9,960 nucleotides of DNA from Octopus sinensis (Eukaryota). Below the pieces are notes generated by a model, which saw only the letters and a program-made list of their open reading frames with translations, was not told where the DNA came from and made no database searches. A program made the position numbers and the translations under genes. Positions within the stretch are counted from its first letter, which is position 1. The number at the start of each line of letters is the position of its first letter. Shown piece after piece: positions 7,094 through 9,960 of this stretch. The stretch spans positions 1 to 9,960 of the forward strand of contig NW_021827756.1 of assembly GCF_006345805.1 (NCBI RefSeq), in the 5' to 3' direction.

Positions 7094-7374
7094 ATATTAT
7101 ATAATATTAATTAGAGACAAAACCACTATTTTGCAAAACAAACAAGGAAAGACTTAATCAATACATAAAATTTTAATAAAAAGTAAAAAAACCGCCACTA
7201 CAATTGTTTCATGTCTTCAAATGACAATCTTCAGGTGGATTTCCGATTTTCAAATCAGTTTCAATTTATGAAACAATTGTAGTGGCGGTTTTTTTTACTT
7301 TTATTAAAATTTTATGTATTGATTAAGTCTTTCCTTGTTTGTTGCAAAATAGTGGTTTTGTCTCTAATTAATAT

Positions 7375-7384
<10 letters not shown>
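7094..7384. repeat. Near-perfect inverted repeat: arms 7094-7212 (119 bp) and 7268-7384 (117 bp), 55-bp spacer
   Basis: Base-by-base comparison shows no substitutions, only a 2-nt and two 1-nt length differences in A/T runs. Confidence 0.97.
7195..7238 (-). ncRNA. Minimal type I hammerhead ribozyme motif (dimer-type, palindromic stem III)
   Basis: Minus strand reads CCAC CUGAAGA U UGUC-AUUUGAA-GACA U GAAAC AAUU GUA GUGG. Stem I is CCAC/GUGG, the core is CUGANGA and GAAA, stem II has 4 bp, stem III is the palindrome ACAAUUGU, and the cleavage triplet is GUA (predicted cut between 7199 and 7198). One deviation: a U.U opposition at the base of stem II. Confidence 0.78.
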
Positions 7385-7464
<80 letters not shown>

Positions 7465-7595
7465 GTGTGTGTGTATGTATATATGTATATATATATATGT
7501 GTGTATGTATATATATATTATGTGTATGTAATATATATATATGTTGTGTAGTATACATATATATGTGTATGTAATATATATATGTATATATATAT
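7385..7595. repeat. Long (TA)n/(TG)n array
   Basis: Direct reading. Confidence 0.95.
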
Positions 7596-7673
7596 AAGTT
7601 AATCCAAACAAGAAAACAAAAAGACAACAACGCAAGGATGTGGAACAATAAAGTATTATTGGACGCTCAGGAA

Positions 7674-7674
<1 letters not shown>
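7596..7674. mobile_element. Short repeat fragment related to 1811-1890, truncated before the hammerhead position
   Basis: GTATTA-TTGG-ACGCTCAGGAA here versus GTATTA-GTATA-ACGCTCAGGAA at 1861-1882, both preceded by A/C-rich sequence. Confidence 0.35.
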
Positions 7675-7730
<56 letters not shown>

Positions 7731-7739
7731 TGTGTGTGT
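7675..7739. repeat. (TG)n microsatellite
   Basis: Direct reading, about 32 units with one interruption. Confidence 0.97.
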
Positions 7740-7862
7740 TCAAATTCCGCCGTGGTCAACTTTGCTTTTCATTCTTCCAGGGGTCAATTGAATAAGTAAT
7801 AGTTGAACACTGTGGTTGATGTTGTAGACTTAACTCCAGGCCTTGTGCCAAAATTTGGAATC
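7738..7862 (+). mobile_element. Old family A SINE (long tail), 5'-truncated and internally deleted
   Basis: GTTCAAATTCCGCCGTGGTCAACTTTGCTTTTCATTCTTCCAGGGGTCAA...GGCCTTGTGCCAAAATTTGGAATC. Confidence 0.8.
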
Positions 7863-8012
7863 AGGTGTGGCTATGTGGTAAGAAGCTTACTTCCAATTAC
7901 ATGCTTCCGTGTTCAGCCCCACTGCGTGGCACCTTAGTCAAGTGTCTTTTTCGTGCAGCCTCGCGGGCCGACCAAAGCCTTGTGAGTAAATTTGGTAAAC
8001 AGAAACGCCGTA
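7863..8012 (+). mobile_element. Family B SINE, 5' part only
   Basis: AGGTGTGGCTATGTGGTAAGAAGCTT...GTTCAGCCCCACTGCGTGGCACCTTAGTCAAGTG...GGGCCGACCAAAGCCTTGTGAGT aligns to 4522-4685 and stops at the internal microsatellite position. Confidence 0.85.
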
Positions 8013-8069
8013 TAAATATATTTTTAACTCACAGCATTTAATTTTTAAAAATTCATAATTGGAATGAAT

Positions 8070-8392
8070 GGATCTTTTCACTTTGACCGGCAGATTTTTA
8101 AATTTATTTCTTTGTAACTAAACACTTTTAAATTTCGTATACTGGTAGAATGTGTTTATAAAACATCTTTTTCTCTTGGCTTTATTGAGAAAATTCTATA
8201 GTTTGTAAGCTATTTGTTGTTTAATTTCATGCATTTCGGCAATTTCAACGAATCAATGACGTCTATTGAGGTGAATTCAATTTCTGCCGTAGTGTGTCAA
8301 CAACAATTATTTGCGGTGTCATATGAAATTTGAAAGTGTTTAGTTACAAAGAAATTATTTTTAAAAATCTGCCGGTCAAAGTGAAAAGATCC
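8070..8392. mobile_element. 323-bp MITE with ~71-bp TIRs and an 8-bp TSD (Merlin-like by its termini)
   Basis: TIRs begin GGATCTTTTCACTTTGACCGGCAGATTTTTAAA (first 33 bp perfect; 8070-8140 versus 8321-8392). TSD GAATGAAT at 8062-8069 and 8393-8400. 5'-GG termini with an 8-bp TSD fit Merlin better than hAT; the superfamily is an inference. Confidence 0.85.
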
Positions 8393-8689
8393 GAATGAAT
8401 AAATAAAATTGAATATTAAGTATTTATGGAATTTTAATTTAATTTTGGCCAATACAGTATTTCGTCTCCTAACAATTTCACCATACGGCATTTTAGAAGC
8501 AGAAACAATAGCCAAACCTCCGTTATATCTCACTTCGCTTATATCAAAAGAAATGGAAAAACATTGGATAATTAGGGTATTACTGACCATAATAACCCGA
8601 CGGGGAAAAAGAAAAACGACGTGGGGAGTTGCATTGTTGCATACGGAGATGAGGAAAGAGGTTAGAAAGTGTAAAGACGACTGCGATGG

Positions 8690-8826
8690 GTGCTGACGAT
8701 GCTGATGGTGATGATGATGATGATGACGATGTTGATGATGAGGGTTGTGATAGGGCTGCTGCTGGTGGTGGTGGTGGTGGTGGTGGTGGTGGTGGTGACG
8801 ACGACGACGATGATGATGATGATGGT
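8690..8826. repeat. (GAT)n/(GGT)n/(GAC)n trinucleotide array
   Basis: Direct reading; (GGT)11 at 8764-8796. Confidence 0.95.
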
Positions 8827-8896
8827 GAGTATTGAGCTTTTATAAGTCTACTTAAACAGAGCGGAACTAGAAAGATCATCGATAACAAGATGAATG

Positions 8897-9175
8897 TCAC
8901 CACACATCATCATCATCGTTATTGTCTTCATGTCGTTGTCCTCGTCGTCACCACCAGCACCACCACCACCATCACCATCACCACCACCACCACCTCCATC
9001 ACCACCATCATCATCACCATCACCACCAACATCCTCATCATCACCACTACCATCATCGTCACCACCACTACCACCACCATCACTACCACACCATCATCAC
9101 CACCCTCATCATCACCACCCTCATCATCACCACCACCACCACCATCATCACCGTCATCGTCATCGTCGTCATCGT
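8897..9175. repeat. (CAC)n/(CAT)n/(CGT)n trinucleotide array
   Basis: Direct reading. Confidence 0.95.
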
Positions 9176-9499
9176 TACGCTTTCCGCCTCCTTCCTCATT
9201 CCCATGTACAACAGAGATCCTTTATCTCACACACATCTCACCTCCATCCCACCCCACCCCCACACTCAATACCCGATTCCTCCCTCTTCTCCGCCTCTTA
9301 CAACAATTCCCCTTCCCCCTGCTTCTTTTCTCCGTCTTTCAATCCGGCTCCACCATCCCTTCCTTTCCATTCCCCCACCCCAACCCCTATAATCACTGCC
9401 ACCTTTACCCTCTTCCTTCCTTCTACTCAATCCCCCCCCCGCTACCTTCACCACACTCTCTCATAACATTGCCAAAAAGAACGCGCGCGCGCGTGTGGA

Positions 9500-9582
9500 C
9501 AAACACCCACACGAGTGACGCTCACAAACACACGACACACACGTTCACACAAACATATGCATCTAGTAAACACGCACACTTG

Positions 9583-9649
<67 letters not shown>

Positions 9650-9910
9650 CATACACACACACGCATGCTTGAAAGTCAACACGTGAACACGTACAGAAGT
9701 CACACTCACGCACTCACATACACTCAGTGAAGCGCGCGAAAATTCAAGTCACACTAAACGCACACGCCCTCTTGCGCTCTAACACACAGACGCCAACTCA
9801 CGCATACATGAACACAGTACGTATCTACCTACACACGCACACAAGTACATACACACAAATGCACACACAACCACACACACACACACAACACCACATATCA
9901 TATGCACATA
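9500..9910. repeat. Degenerate (CA)n-rich low-complexity region with a (TA)n run at 9587-9642
   Basis: Direct reading. Confidence 0.85.
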
Positions 9911-9960
9911 GTCAAGATCCTTAGTAGTAACTAATTATGCTAAAAGTAGCAGCCAAATAC

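Larger units (their letters stand above)
7013..7384 (-). mobile_element. Probable Penelope-like element terminal (pLTR-type) fragment with an inverted partial duplication
   Basis: Bounded by (TA)n on both sides, contains a type I hammerhead motif, and 7268-7384 is an inverted copy of 7094-7212. Hammerhead plus inverted truncated terminus is the known PLE architecture. No RT or GIY-YIG coding sequence is present. Confidence 0.55.

Noticed and set aside
8505-8546. AAACCTCCGTTATATCTCACTTCGCTTATATC resembles a pogo/Tigger-type MITE end
   Set aside because: No matching opposite TIR or TA TSD found in the window; the resemblance is from memory only.
8409-8696. 95-aa ORF in complex sequence, and the overlapping 97-aa minus-strand ORF at 8297-8590
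   Set aside because: No recognisable motif, no convincing splice-site pair, and the minus ORF runs into the MITE TIR. A small exon cannot be excluded without RNA-seq or BLASTX.
8890-9591. Longest ORFs (233, 190 and 156 aa; His-, Thr-, Pro- and Ser-rich)
   Set aside because: All three frames are open only because CAC/CAT repeats and a C/T-rich tract lack stop codons. No domain or splice evidence.

Overview
Non-coding, AT-rich and very repeat-dense eukaryotic DNA. I find no credible protein-coding region: every ORF in the track is a translation of microsatellites or of SINE sequence. The SINE families look like those I recall from Octopus genomes, so an octopus intron or intergenic region is my inference; this was not checked against a database. 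The window contains three tRNA-headed SINE families (my labels A, B, C) in about ten full or partial copies, a 323-bp MITE with ~71-bp TIRs and an 8-bp TSD, a Helitron-like 3' terminus, and many microsatellites. The most interesting signal is a type I hammerhead ribozyme motif on the minus strand (7195-7238) with a palindromic stem III, the form known from Penelope-like elements. It straddles the loop and one arm of a near-perfect 119/117-bp fold-back. A perfect 74-bp palindrome lies about 180 bp upstream of the fold-back (6840-6913), and a second, degenerate hammerhead is at 1894-1931. Two inverted SINE pairs could form long dsRNA if the locus is transcribed.
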